A model generated the notes under the pieces. It made no database searches. It was not told the DNA's origin and was given only the letters and a program-made list of their open reading frames with translations. A DNA stretch of 64,000 nt from a virus: the IMG/VR virus record IMGVR_UViG_3300021495_000002, positions 1 through 64,000 of that record. One strand, given 5' to 3'. Both the position numbers and the translations under genes were made by a program. Shown here piece after piece: positions 18,353 through 26,764 of this stretch. Each line of letters starts with the position of its first letter. Positions within the stretch are counted from its first letter, which is position 1.

Positions 18353-18541
18353 TCATTCTATAAACATGAAATATAGAAGTAAGAAAGTAATGAAACAAGC
18401 TATTACTATGTCCTCCATTATTTCATTCTTTATGATTTCTCGTTTTATTTCTTCTATGTCTATTTCTTCTATATCCGAGTCCATCTTGATCATTTCCTCA
18501 AATCCACATATATTGCGTATATCAAAATTTATGTTTTTCAC
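18353..18541 (-). CDS. Small hypothetical protein with a C-terminal TM segment
   Basis: 62 aa. Starts MKNINFDIRNICG and ends with the hydrophobic stretch IACFITFLLLYFMFI. Confidence 0.4.
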   Translation of the reverse strand: MKNINFDIRNICGFEEMIKMDSDIEEIDIEEIKREIIKNEIMEDIVIACFITFLLLYFMFIE

Positions 18542-18597
18542 GATTAAATTATATTAGCTTGAGTAAAAAATTTGCGTGAGGAGCAAATATGTGCATC

Positions 18598-18810
18598 TCA
18601 CGCTATTTCTTCTTCTTCTTCTTCTTCTTCTTCTTCTTCTTCTTCTTCAGTATTTTCACATTCTGTTTTCCCGTCCATGTCCATAAGCAGAGTTCCTGTG
18701 ACTATAAGCATCATGCCAAGAGCAAGAGGAAATTCTGTATCAAAGTACTGAATTGATAGAACAATTCCCCAAGCCAATAAGGCTCTACCCATACACTGAA
18801 AGAATGTCAT
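18598..18810 (-). CDS. Small two-TM membrane protein with a poly-Glu tail
   Basis: 70 aa with two hydrophobic helices followed by ENT(E)14IA. 4-nt overlap with the MoxR gene. Confidence 0.55.
   Translation of the reverse strand: MTFFQCMGRALLAWGIVLSIQYFDTEFPLALGMMLIVTGTLLMDMDGKTECENTEEEEEEEEEEEEEEIA
18607..18648 (-). repeat. (GAA)14 trinucleotide microsatellite, seen as (TTC)14 on the plus strand
   Basis: Perfect 42-nt ttc repeat read directly from the sequence. Encodes the 14-Glu run. Confidence 0.95.
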
Positions 18811-19874
18811 TCTCCACTCAGTAATGGTAGTATTTCTCTGCCTATGTTCTTCATCAATTCTCTAAAGTTTTCATCACTGAGCATCTTTGAGAACATTTCA
18901 CTCGGCATTGCATTCTTATAGTCTACGAGGAACGCCGCTGCTCCTTCCACGAATCCTCCGTATGCTGGATCACTACCCTTTTCCCAAACGGCTCGTACGT
19001 ATTTGAAATATGCCTTCGAGTAGCTCATTTGCTTCTTCGAATTCTTCTCTCTACTTATCACGGAAAGAAGAGTTTGTATTGTATAGGTCAGGACGTCAAA
19101 TTCACTCGGTATATCACTGACGTCTCCTTTCAATATCTTTTGAATGTCTGGAAGTTTATCTCTTAAATCTGTGAAGGCTAAGAACTTGGCTGCTACTGAA
19201 CCTCCGATCGAACCAGAGAGATCTTCGATGCTTGACAGTCCTTGTTCTAAGAGAAGAGATACTCGTTCCCATCCTCTTCCACAAGTCACTTTCTCTCCCC
19301 TGTGCTCTGGTAGTATGTAAAGGTCTTCGGGATGAGCACTCAAGTAGGCTATAATCTCTGGAGCGATGTGATTTTTCAATGCCCACGCTTTCCACACTTG
19401 TATGTCGGGCTCTACGTAGATCTCATGAAGACGTGCTTCGAGTGGTATCTCAAGATCCCCAACGACTGCTCCATGTTCTCTCTTGTTCCCCGTTCCACAT
19501 GGGACTATCCCATCTGGTAGTGGTGTATCCCCGATCATTCTGTCATAGAATACACGGTACAGTGCTTTCTGCATTTCATTGGAAGCATGATTCAATTCAT
19601 CGAACAACAAGAATCCTCGTGCGTTGTCTTCATACTTTGCCCACTCTGGTGGTAATTGAAGCACCAATCCAGAACTTGGATCTGGTACTGTCCATCCTTC
19701 CAAGTCTGGAGGCTCAAGAGTCAGCAACGACTTAGAGACACACAATACTCCCATCTCTTGAGCGACTTCCCTTATTATGGAACTCTTCCCTACTCCAGTT
19801 GGACCCCAAAGAATAAAGGGAATTCGCTTTTCGTATAATTTCTTAATCCTTTCTTTAGTTTCTCTTAAGTTCAT
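18807..19874 (-). CDS. MoxR-like AAA+ ATPase
   Basis: Walker A ILWGPTGVGKSSI, Walker B GFLLFDELNHA. Size and single AAA module are typical of MoxR/CbbQ-type ATPases. Paired with the VWA gene downstream. Confidence 0.8.
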   Translation of the reverse strand: MNLRETKERIKKLYEKRIPFILWGPTGVGKSSIIREVAQEMGVLCVSKSLLTLEPPDLEGWTVPDPSSGLVLQLPPEWAKYEDNARGFLLFDELNHASNEMQKALYRVFYDRMIGDTPLPDGIVPCGTGNKREHGAVVGDLEIPLEARLHEIYVEPDIQVWKAWALKNHIAPEIIAYLSAHPEDLYILPEHRGEKVTCGRGWERVSLLLEQGLSSIEDLSGSIGGSVAAKFLAFTDLRDKLPDIQKILKGDVSDIPSEFDVLTYTIQTLLSVISREKNSKKQMSYSKAYFKYVRAVWEKGSDPAYGGFVEGAAAFLVDYKNAMPSEMFSKMLSDENFRELMKNIGREILPLLSGE

Positions 19875-20302
19875 ATTCCATGCCTCCTTTTAATTTCGTT
19901 TATTCTTTTCATTATCATAGTTTCAATTCTTTCTACAATAGCAATTTGCACACTACATATAGCCGCATCGTCCATTGTACAACACTCTTCTTGCCTCTTC
20001 CTCAATTTTGTCTTCTGTTCCTTTTCGATTTCATTGCGCAACTCTGTTAGTATCGTTATTGCATACTTTCCTAATGCACGTCCAACCGCCTTGTCCAACT
20101 GTTTCCTTTTCTTAAGTTCCTTCTTCCTCTTTTCTATTTCCTTCTCCACTATGCGTACACCTTCCATTAAACCATCGGACATGTAACTGTACTTCAGTTT
20201 GTCTTCTGCGTCTTCTTCATTACAAGCTTTCTCTTCTAACTCTATGGCTCTTGTTATTAACTTCAGTCCCAAATCGCTTAATTCTTCTATCATGTTTCTC
20301 AC
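19871..20302 (-). CDS. Hypothetical coiled-coil protein
   Basis: 143 aa, K/E-rich. 4-nt overlap with the MoxR gene. Confidence 0.55.
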   Translation of the reverse strand: MRNMIEELSDLGLKLITRAIELEEKACNEEDAEDKLKYSYMSDGLMEGVRIVEKEIEKRKKELKKRKQLDKAVGRALGKYAITILTELRNEIEKEQKTKLRKRQEECCTMDDAAICSVQIAIVERIETMIMKRINEIKRRHGI

Positions 20303-20333
20303 CTATTCTTTTTATTAAAAGAGTATGTGAGTC

Positions 20334-21512
20334 TTAAATTATGACATATCGCCTCTTCTTTAATCCCTCTGCGTAGTTATTTAAGGCTTCAAGGATAGTT
20401 GTATTTCTCAAGAATTCTGATCCCTCGTATCCTTTCTCAAGAATCTGAGACAAATCTCGTTTCATTCCTTCTACAATAAAACTTCTTAGAAGGAAGAGTT
20501 GATAATTAAGAATAGCTGGTGCTTCTTCTATTATCCAAGATGAGCAGTAAGCGTCGTAAAGACTCATTGATATCATTTCATTAAAACTCTTTAAAAGATG
20601 ATAATTAATAAACTTTATTATCTTTCCTGCAACAATCTCGAAGTGTTGTGGGAGGCACTCGGTGGAGGAACATGATAAGAATGAAGAATGAACTGGCAGA
20701 CGATAATAAATACGTTCCCGTATCTTGGGATCTCTAATTTTTATACCCTTATTGAGATTAACATAAATTGGAATCGTATGTATGCTTATCTCGCCTAATA
20801 TATCGTGAATATAAATTGGAGGAAAGTCAGAAATTCTTATAGAATCCGTTCTCATACGATATAATTCACCGTCCGATGATTCATAATCAAACTCTTGTGC
20901 CTTTTCCTTCTCTTCAGTATATCGTTCCCTAATCCCCTCCAGTATCCACATCGCCAAATAAGGAGTTGCTGAAATATCACTCTTCGCAAGATAGATGATA
21001 CGATCTACTATATGTCTATTGACAGCCCATTCTGAGTTCGATTCAAACGAAAAGATTTGCAAAAACTCTTGTCTGTACTCATTTAACTGTCTTCTCTTCC
21101 TTCCTCCACGAAAAAAATGAGAATCTATATCCTCTACGATCTCTCTATTTTTCAACAATCGATCATATAATAAATTAGTGAACTTTAATAAATTGATTGG
21201 ATTGGAGAGGTACGCCTCTGCATCTACTACTTTCCATTGGTTCGTTTCTATCTTGGACTCCTTTCCGTTTATATCTTCGATTACGAAATTACAAGTCCTC
21301 GTAAATTGAATCTCTTTCACGAAATATATCTCATCTTCTTTAGGAGGCAGTGAGTGAGGTGATATCGTTTTTCCAAATAGTCCAAGGATATACCACGCGG
21401 GTATATCTTCCCAAAGCTTGGAAACGTTAATTTTCTTCATCGTTATCATCCAGCTCTTCCTCAAGAAATTGAGACTGTTGAAATATAAACTCTTGAGCTT
21501 CCTGCCATTCAT
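20334..21512 (-). CDS. Hypothetical protein (392 aa)
   Basis: Long ORF with normal composition. The start may instead be MKKINVSKL at ~21440. No motif recognised. Confidence 0.6.
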   Translation of the reverse strand: MNGRKLKSLYFNSLNFLRKSWMITMKKINVSKLWEDIPAWYILGLFGKTISPHSLPPKEDEIYFVKEIQFTRTCNFVIEDINGKESKIETNQWKVVDAEAYLSNPINLLKFTNLLYDRLLKNREIVEDIDSHFFRGGRKRRQLNEYRQEFLQIFSFESNSEWAVNRHIVDRIIYLAKSDISATPYLAMWILEGIRERYTEEKEKAQEFDYESSDGELYRMRTDSIRISDFPPIYIHDILGEISIHTIPIYVNLNKGIKIRDPKIRERIYYRLPVHSSFLSCSSTECLPQHFEIVAGKIIKFINYHLLKSFNEMISMSLYDAYCSSWIIEEAPAILNYQLFLLRSFIVEGMKRDLSQILEKGYEGSEFLRNTTILEALNNYAEGLKKRRYVII

Positions 21513-21538
21513 TAGACTTCAGTCTCAATCTAATCATA

Positions 21539-21883
21539 TTAATCATATTTTCTAATTATGGACTTAATCTGATACGAAACTTCTGCAAGACTGTCGAACT
21601 TGCCCCACCAGTATCTTTCGTCTTCACTCTCTGTGGCACAGTCCTCTGCCCAATCTCTTTCCCCTTTTATGCACACTAATAAGTTTTTCAGTTCTTCGAT
21701 GATATCTTTTGACATTTCAGATCTAAGTTGTTCATAAGTTCGATTAGGTAGATTTGAACGAAAAAGACTAAGTAATTTTGTTGTATCTTCAGTTATTTCA
21801 TCATCACTTGGAAAATCTGAAGGAGTCAATTCAATTTTTAGAGGATGGCTCGATCTGGCTCCGTGAATTTTTATTGTTTTCAT
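21539..21883 (-). CDS. Hypothetical protein
   Basis: 114-aa ORF abutting the Ntn-hydrolase gene. Confidence 0.55.
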   Translation of the reverse strand: MKTIKIHGARSSHPLKIELTPSDFPSDDEITEDTTKLLSLFRSNLPNRTYEQLRSEMSKDIIEELKNLLVCIKGERDWAEDCATESEDERYWWGKFDSLAEVSYQIKSIIRKYD

Positions 21884-21884
21884 T

Positions 21885-22772
21885 TTATATGTACCCGTAT
21901 AGTTTGGCTAAAATTATAGACTTGTTTCCAGATTTATCTGTACTCTTGATTATCCGTTCCTCTCCATCTTCTTCGAAAACGAAAGCCCCACCTCGTGAAG
22001 TTACGTAATCATAGGCTTCTTGTTTGTCCTTGAAGGATAATTTTTTGACTACATCGAGAAACTGTTCCCCTCTGAAATAAGTGCCCTCAACTCTACCATC
22101 CTCTTTTCTATCCTCATTTTCTTTTCTCTTGTAGTCTTTTACTTCGTATTTTCCCTTACCTACTTTCACTATTTTTCCTCTTTTCCCCCAACCTGTATCT
22201 TGGTTATAGAGGCTACGCCAGTCCCATTTCCATGTGAGATCCGTAAATCTCCGTTTTCCATCTACTCGGAAATTGCCAATCAAGATAGGATCTTTTCTTC
22301 GTTCCAACAAAAGCACAAACTTTGATCCTCCGAGCATCTCTTGGAACTCCTTTGATAGCATCATTAGAATTAACTGCCTCTCTGTTAGTCGAAGAGAAGA
22401 CAAAAACAAGGTAAATTTCGCTGTATCACTAAGTTCATCGTAACTATTCCATGATGAAAACGCTGACATGTGTCCCCTGTGGAATAATATGGCTCTCCTC
22501 TTTCCTTTCAGTGTGACTACGAACGGGTGAGTTAGTTTCGGTTTGACCTCCCCAGCACTCGCCATCCTCCAGTGTGACACCACCGGATACTTTCCTTGTA
22601 CCTCATCAAGAACTTGATATGCACCATCTGGATCCATCAAGCCTTTCATTACGTTCCACTTGTTTCCTTTGAAATACGCAAACCCGAACCCATCAGGGTT
22701 CTGGTTCCATATCTTCTCGAACTCGTCGTACTCCACTTTCCCTCCTTCTTTAATTACGGCTATTTGGCACAT
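21885..22772 (-). CDS. Class-II glutamine amidotransferase-like Ntn hydrolase
   Basis: N-terminal nucleophile MCQIAV. SHWRMASAGEVKPKLTHPF and ILFHRGHM mirror the H-R-x-A-[ST]-x-G...HPF / HNG blocks of class-II GATases. Confidence 0.6.
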   Translation of the reverse strand: MCQIAVIKEGGKVEYDEFEKIWNQNPDGFGFAYFKGNKWNVMKGLMDPDGAYQVLDEVQGKYPVVSHWRMASAGEVKPKLTHPFVVTLKGKRRAILFHRGHMSAFSSWNSYDELSDTAKFTLFLSSLRLTERQLILMMLSKEFQEMLGGSKFVLLLERRKDPILIGNFRVDGKRRFTDLTWKWDWRSLYNQDTGWGKRGKIVKVGKGKYEVKDYKRKENEDRKEDGRVEGTYFRGEQFLDVVKKLSFKDKQEAYDYVTSRGGAFVFEEDGEERIIKSTDKSGNKSIILAKLYGYI

Positions 22773-22773
22773 C

Positions 22774-23115
22774 CTATTTTTCCCTCCTTTTTCTAAATAA
22801 ACACTCTATTGCTCGTCTCAATCGTTCAGGATCTTTTCGAATCATTTTTTGTCTGAAGGTATACGGTAAACCAACAATTATAGTTCTACCGTCCATGAAT
22901 CTGTTTAAACTCTCAGAATTTATGATCCTCAAGTCACAGTCGATTAGATTTTTTTTCACGATATTATAGCTCTTCGGATCCCCAACGTATACTCTATCGC
23001 CGTGGAAATATGATACTCCGAAGACTACTATTCTCTCGATCCCTGGAATATTTACTTCAGCATCAATCTCTTCTCGTGGGAGATGGTCATCATATCGATT
23101 ACATACTACTTTCAT
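22774..23115 (-). CDS. Small protein, tandem paralog A
   Basis: Start taken at MKVVCNRY (23115), directly after the stop of paralog B. C terminus IIVGLPYTFRQKMIRKDPERLRRAIECLF parallels paralog B. Confidence 0.55.
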   Translation of the reverse strand: MKVVCNRYDDHLPREEIDAEVNIPGIERIVVFGVSYFHGDRVYVGDPKSYNIVKKNLIDCDLRIINSESLNRFMDGRTIIVGLPYTFRQKMIRKDPERLRRAIECLFRKRREK

Positions 23116-23420
23116 TGAAACAAACACCTCAGAACTTTTTTCAAAACTTCTGGATTGCCTTTGATATACTGCAATCTAAATAAATGTGGTAATCCAATAC
23201 CTATTATACCTTCTTCCTTTTCTCCTCGAAAATCCACTTTGATTATCTTTGCATCAGTTGTATTTCTTCTGATGTGATCTGCCCACTCGCTCGAAATGAG
23301 GATCTCATCTCCGTAACTACCGAATACCTCGATTCGTTTAACGTTTTCTAATCCCTTTATTTGCATTTGGAACTCTTTTTTAGGCAAGCCCTCAAAATCT
23401 CCGATATACGTTACTTTCAT
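23112..23420 (-). CDS. Small protein, tandem paralog B
   Basis: 102 aa. IIGIGLPHLFRLQYIKGNPEVLKKVLRCLF. Confidence 0.55.
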   Translation of the reverse strand: MKVTYIGDFEGLPKKEFQMQIKGLENVKRIEVFGSYGDEILISSEWADHIRRNTTDAKIIKVDFRGEKEEGIIGIGLPHLFRLQYIKGNPEVLKKVLRCLFQ

Positions 23421-24139
23421 AACTTTCTAACTAATCTTCTTTGAATGTCCTCGAATTTAAAAGGATCTTTTATGAATTTCTTTATGAACAGCGTTACCAC
23501 GAGTAATTGGCGATACGTGGTTATCTTAGGCAATCTGAATTCAACCGTACCGAGACCATTAGTCATTGTATTAACGAAGAAATATCGTTCATTGGGTTCA
23601 TCTTGATTTGCGAACTCATTCGGATTTCTACCCCACAGGCGTCTGTCTGTCACAACGTCTTCGAGATACCCCTGTGCTCTTTCGATTCTTTGCAATTCAT
23701 CAGAAGATACTCCTACATGAATATGCGATGATACAAGATAAGTCTTTAGATAATCTGAGTAATCTTTATATATTGGTCTGAGTGACTGAACAAAAGAACG
23801 CCTTGACAAATAAATTGGAGATTTCATTTCACAATCACTCACGGTTGCATCCTCAGTGGGGAGGAATCCTCTTAATAACAGTCTTGCAAATATCGCAGTT
23901 CGAATATGTTTGTCTTCTTGATCTGGAGATCGAAACTCGAGTTCGGTGCCCCACGTATAATCACCGGTATCCCTGGCTTTTCGCGTACCTCTTACTTCCT
24001 CGTTTTTTGTGGGATAAGGATGAGTACTATAGAAATGGTCATCACAAATATACCCTATCCCCTTGACGTACACAGAACATGCTCTCTCTCTTTGACACAA
24101 TCTGCACTTTTTAACATTAAATCCACGGATTCCGATCAT
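23417..24139 (-). CDS. Putative amidoligase (glutamine-synthetase-like, Amidoligase_2-type) with an N-terminal Cys-rich (putative zinc-binding) segment
   Basis: WGTELEF (E-x-E), SSHIHVGV (H-x-H) and GTVEFRLP (E-F-R) blocks in the order expected for the family. CRLCQRERAC...ICDDH at the N terminus. Confidence 0.55.
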   Translation of the reverse strand: MIGIRGFNVKKCRLCQRERACSVYVKGIGYICDDHFYSTHPYPTKNEEVRGTRKARDTGDYTWGTELEFRSPDQEDKHIRTAIFARLLLRGFLPTEDATVSDCEMKSPIYLSRRSFVQSLRPIYKDYSDYLKTYLVSSHIHVGVSSDELQRIERAQGYLEDVVTDRRLWGRNPNEFANQDEPNERYFFVNTMTNGLGTVEFRLPKITTYRQLLVVTLFIKKFIKDPFKFEDIQRRLVRKL

Positions 24140-24372
24140 AGAACTATCTTACCCCTCAGTTCCAATTGGGTTACTGGATCAAAGTGTTCTTCTATTTCGT
24201 ACTTTTCGCTTTTCCTGTACAATTCGTATAATTCTCTAAAATTCTTTCCCGGTTTGTGCAGACCATCTGCGTCTCGAAATAACGTTACCCCGACTCGCCT
24301 AAAATAAATAAAGGTTCCCAGTCTCTGTCCATCTTTTTTCTTTCGTACTATCAACTTTGAGACGTTATGCAT
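24136..24372 (-). CDS. Hypothetical protein
   Basis: 78-aa ORF with a 4-nt overlap to the amidoligase gene. Confidence 0.5.
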   Translation of the reverse strand: MHNVSKLIVRKKKDGQRLGTFIYFRRVGVTLFRDADGLHKPGKNFRELYELYRKSEKYEIEEHFDPVTQLELRGKIVL

Positions 24373-24487
24373 TAGTCCTCACCTCCTGTTTCTTTCCAAA
24401 CTCAAACGCCTCTCGCTTATCATACGAGAGGACGAAAAACCACGAAGATATATCTATTCCCTCTTCTCCATTATAGGTGTCACTCAT
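24365..24487 (-). CDS. Small hypothetical protein (40 aa)
   Basis: Own translation MSDTYNGEEGIDISSWFFVLSYDKREAFEFGKKQEVRTNA. GGAGG upstream. Its 3' end (through the stop codon) overlaps the start of the next gene by 8 nt. Confidence 0.3.
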   Translation of the reverse strand: MSDTYNGEEGIDISSWFFVLSYDKREAFEFGKKQEVRTNA

Positions 24488-24519
24488 TTTTGATCCTCCA
24501 AGAATTTATATACGTCAGA

Positions 24520-24810
24520 CTACTCCTTATATTCCCCCATCTTTTCAATCTTCCATCCCCTTTCCACGAAGTCTATTAGTGTATATCTCACAGCCGGGCA
24601 CTCTGGATCCTCCACTATAAACCCCAAGTGATAATCATCTGCATAACCCTCTCCGTCGCTATATTTCCTGAATCGCACTACACCTTCATGTATAATCTTT
24701 CCTTTTTTGTTTGTTGCTCTTAGTATATCTCCTATCCTAAATATCCTTCTGTCTATCTCTACTCCATCTTCTCTCAGTTTAATTATGTGCATTTTCTTTT
24801 TTTCCTCCAT
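24520..24810 (-). CDS. Hypothetical protein
   Basis: 96-aa ORF. Confidence 0.5.
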   Translation of the reverse strand: MEEKKKMHIIKLREDGVEIDRRIFRIGDILRATNKKGKIIHEGVVRFRKYSDGEGYADDYHLGFIVEDPECPAVRYTLIDFVERGWKIEKMGEYKE

Positions 24811-25069
24811 TCAACAAACCAACATTTTGAAGTTTTTGCGTAACATCTTGGACTGTGATTTCGAGCCCCCTCTTTTCGATCAATTCTTGAACCACTTTCA
24901 CCACGCCTTCATTACACTCAATTTTTGAGGGAAGAACAAAAGCTCGATCCAACACCTCATTCAGCGTATAGTCATAAATTTCTTCATAATGCAAATAATG
25001 TATTATGAAATTAGTTATAAGAATTCCCTTTTCTCGTAGTTCCATGTTTCCTTCACCGCGATTTTTCAA
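24779..25069 (-). CDS. Hypothetical protein
   Basis: 96-aa ORF. The start may be MELREKG at ~25045. Confidence 0.5.
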   Translation of the reverse strand: MKNRGEGNMELREKGILITNFIIHYLHYEEIYDYTLNEVLDRAFVLPSKIECNEGVVKVVQELIEKRGLEITVQDVTQKLQNVGLLNGGKKENAHN

Positions 25070-25313
25070 AAAACTCTAACCACTTGTCCACCCAATCTTT
25101 TTTCTTAGTTTCCTTTTTTGTTCTTCATTCTCTGACTGAGGTTTATTTTTCTTCATCTTGCATCACCAACTATTTTCAACTCTTTAATTATTTCTTTAAT
25201 TTCCTTTATTTCTTTCCACAAACTTTCTATCTCCTCGTCAATCATTTTTACAATTTCTCTTTCTGTCACTACTCTCCCTTCTTCGTATTCCTTTGCAATC
25301 TTTTCCAGTATTT

Positions 25314-25604
25314 TCATTTTATATCTTCCCAACGAATATATCCTGCTTCTTTGAACGCTCGATCTATTATTTCTGAGACTTCTTCATCCCTAATCCCCTC
25401 AAATTCTCCTTCGAGGGAGTCTTCAATGAACCCTCCATAACGAGCAATTAATCGTTTGTATATCTCTTCTTCCTTTTCACTTGTTATATAGCTTCCGAAA
25501 GGGTCGCTTATCTTCGATATCGTTTTTCTCTCTTCGGGTTTGAGATTTTCGAGATCTTCCAGTATTTTCTTGTTTAACTTTACATAAGCAAATACAGTCC
25601 TCAT
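25314..25604 (-). CDS. Hypothetical acidic protein
   Basis: 96-aa ORF. The plus-strand ORF 25084-25440 is low-complexity shadow. Confidence 0.5.
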   Translation of the reverse strand: MRTVFAYVKLNKKILEDLENLKPEERKTISKISDPFGSYITSEKEEEIYKRLIARYGGFIEDSLEGEFEGIRDEEVSEIIDRAFKEAGYIRWEDIK

Positions 25605-25803
25605 TTACCACCACCGTCCCAGAGTCATGACATGTCCACAGATCGGCACTTTGGGTTTCTCGTCGAAGAGCAAATCTGTATCGTGTCGTGTCTATTATTG
25701 CACCAATAAAATTCCTTCTTTTTGTTATTTATCAATTCTGCGTCCATTCCACCTTCTCCTTTCAATCAAATCCCGCCACCAAAAGAGTTTTGGCGTTGCT
25801 CAT

Positions 25804-26333
25804 TTACTTCCATGATTGCTTTAGAAATTTATACCTTATTCGTTTTAGTTGTTTTGCACTCAGCTCTTGGACTGCGATTTGATTCTCAATAAGATATTTA
25901 GTAATCTTTTTATATATTTCAAGGTTTAAAGATTTTAATTTATCAATATCTCGTCTGGAAATGTGGAACTTAGCTTGTATTTCTTTCGTGTTCGGATTGA
26001 AAAAGGGATTATCGTCCATGATAATAGTTAGACTTCCTGCTATTTCATCTCTTAGGTCTTCAAGAATATCTCTATCAGGAAATAAATCCAGTAAGGCAGT
26101 GCAGAGATAAATACTACAAGGCAATCTTCTTCCCTCGTTCCTAAAACATGCGTTTCACCAAAAGAACATAATCCACAACAGTATCCTCTACATATCTCCT
26201 CACAATACTCGCGTATCCCCGAATCTATCATAAAGTCTTCGACTACTTCCAGTGCCTCTTTATACGTGTACTCGTCCTTCATATTTATCACCAATCTATA
26301 TATCCCTTTTATAATATATAAACATAAAACCAA
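25804..26333 (-). CDS. Cys-rich protein apparently split over two frames (frameshift, sequencing error, or two overlapping genes)
   Basis: ORF 26052-26333 reads sensibly to ...CCGLCSFGETHVLGTREEDC, then turns into hydrophobic junk. The -1 frame is open from ~26155 and continues PCSIYLCTALLDLFPDRD... to 25804. Confidence 0.35.
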
Positions 26334-26476
26334 TCTTTTATATATAAATGAATCTTAACATTTTGAGACTCTCGCCACTCCTCAATCTTATAATAATATA
26401 ATATATAAATATATAAAAATAAAGAGAGAAAAAGGAAGGGGACTAAACGTCCTATATTCAATCAATCAATCTAAGC

Positions 26477-26764
26477 TTATATGTAGGCTCTTAGGCTTGT
26501 GTCCGGTTCTACCTGATCCCAGTAGTCCGGATTAAGATATCCGAAGAAGTCAAACTCTGTGCCCCACTCTCTGCATGTCTTGCCGGCGTGTATTTTCCCG
26601 TTCTCATCTTCGATGGGTCTCAATCGTTTGTTGCTTCTGATCCTATAGACTTTACCTTGTGTATCTTTGACCAAAAAACTCTTTCCTTTAATCCCCAAAT
26701 ATAAGACCACATCGTTTACCTTTGTGTCTTTTAGAGTCTGTAGTAAGCAATACACGGTTATCAC
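26477..26764 (-). CDS. Hypothetical protein; first gene of the minus-strand arm
   Basis: 95-aa ORF with GGAGGTGA immediately upstream of the ATG on the minus strand. Confidence 0.55.
   Translation of the reverse strand: MITVYCLLQTLKDTKVNDVVLYLGIKGKSFLVKDTQGKVYRIRSNKRLRPIEDENGKIHAGKTCREWGTEFDFFGYLNPDYWDQVEPDTSLRAYI

Noticed and set aside
26334-26476. TA-rich stretch (ataataatataatatataaatatataaaaataaag) as a distinct repeat element
   Set aside because: It lies in the upstream region of the minus-strand gene starting at 26333. It is consistent with ordinary TATA-rich archaeal promoter/spacer sequence, with no higher-order repeat structure.
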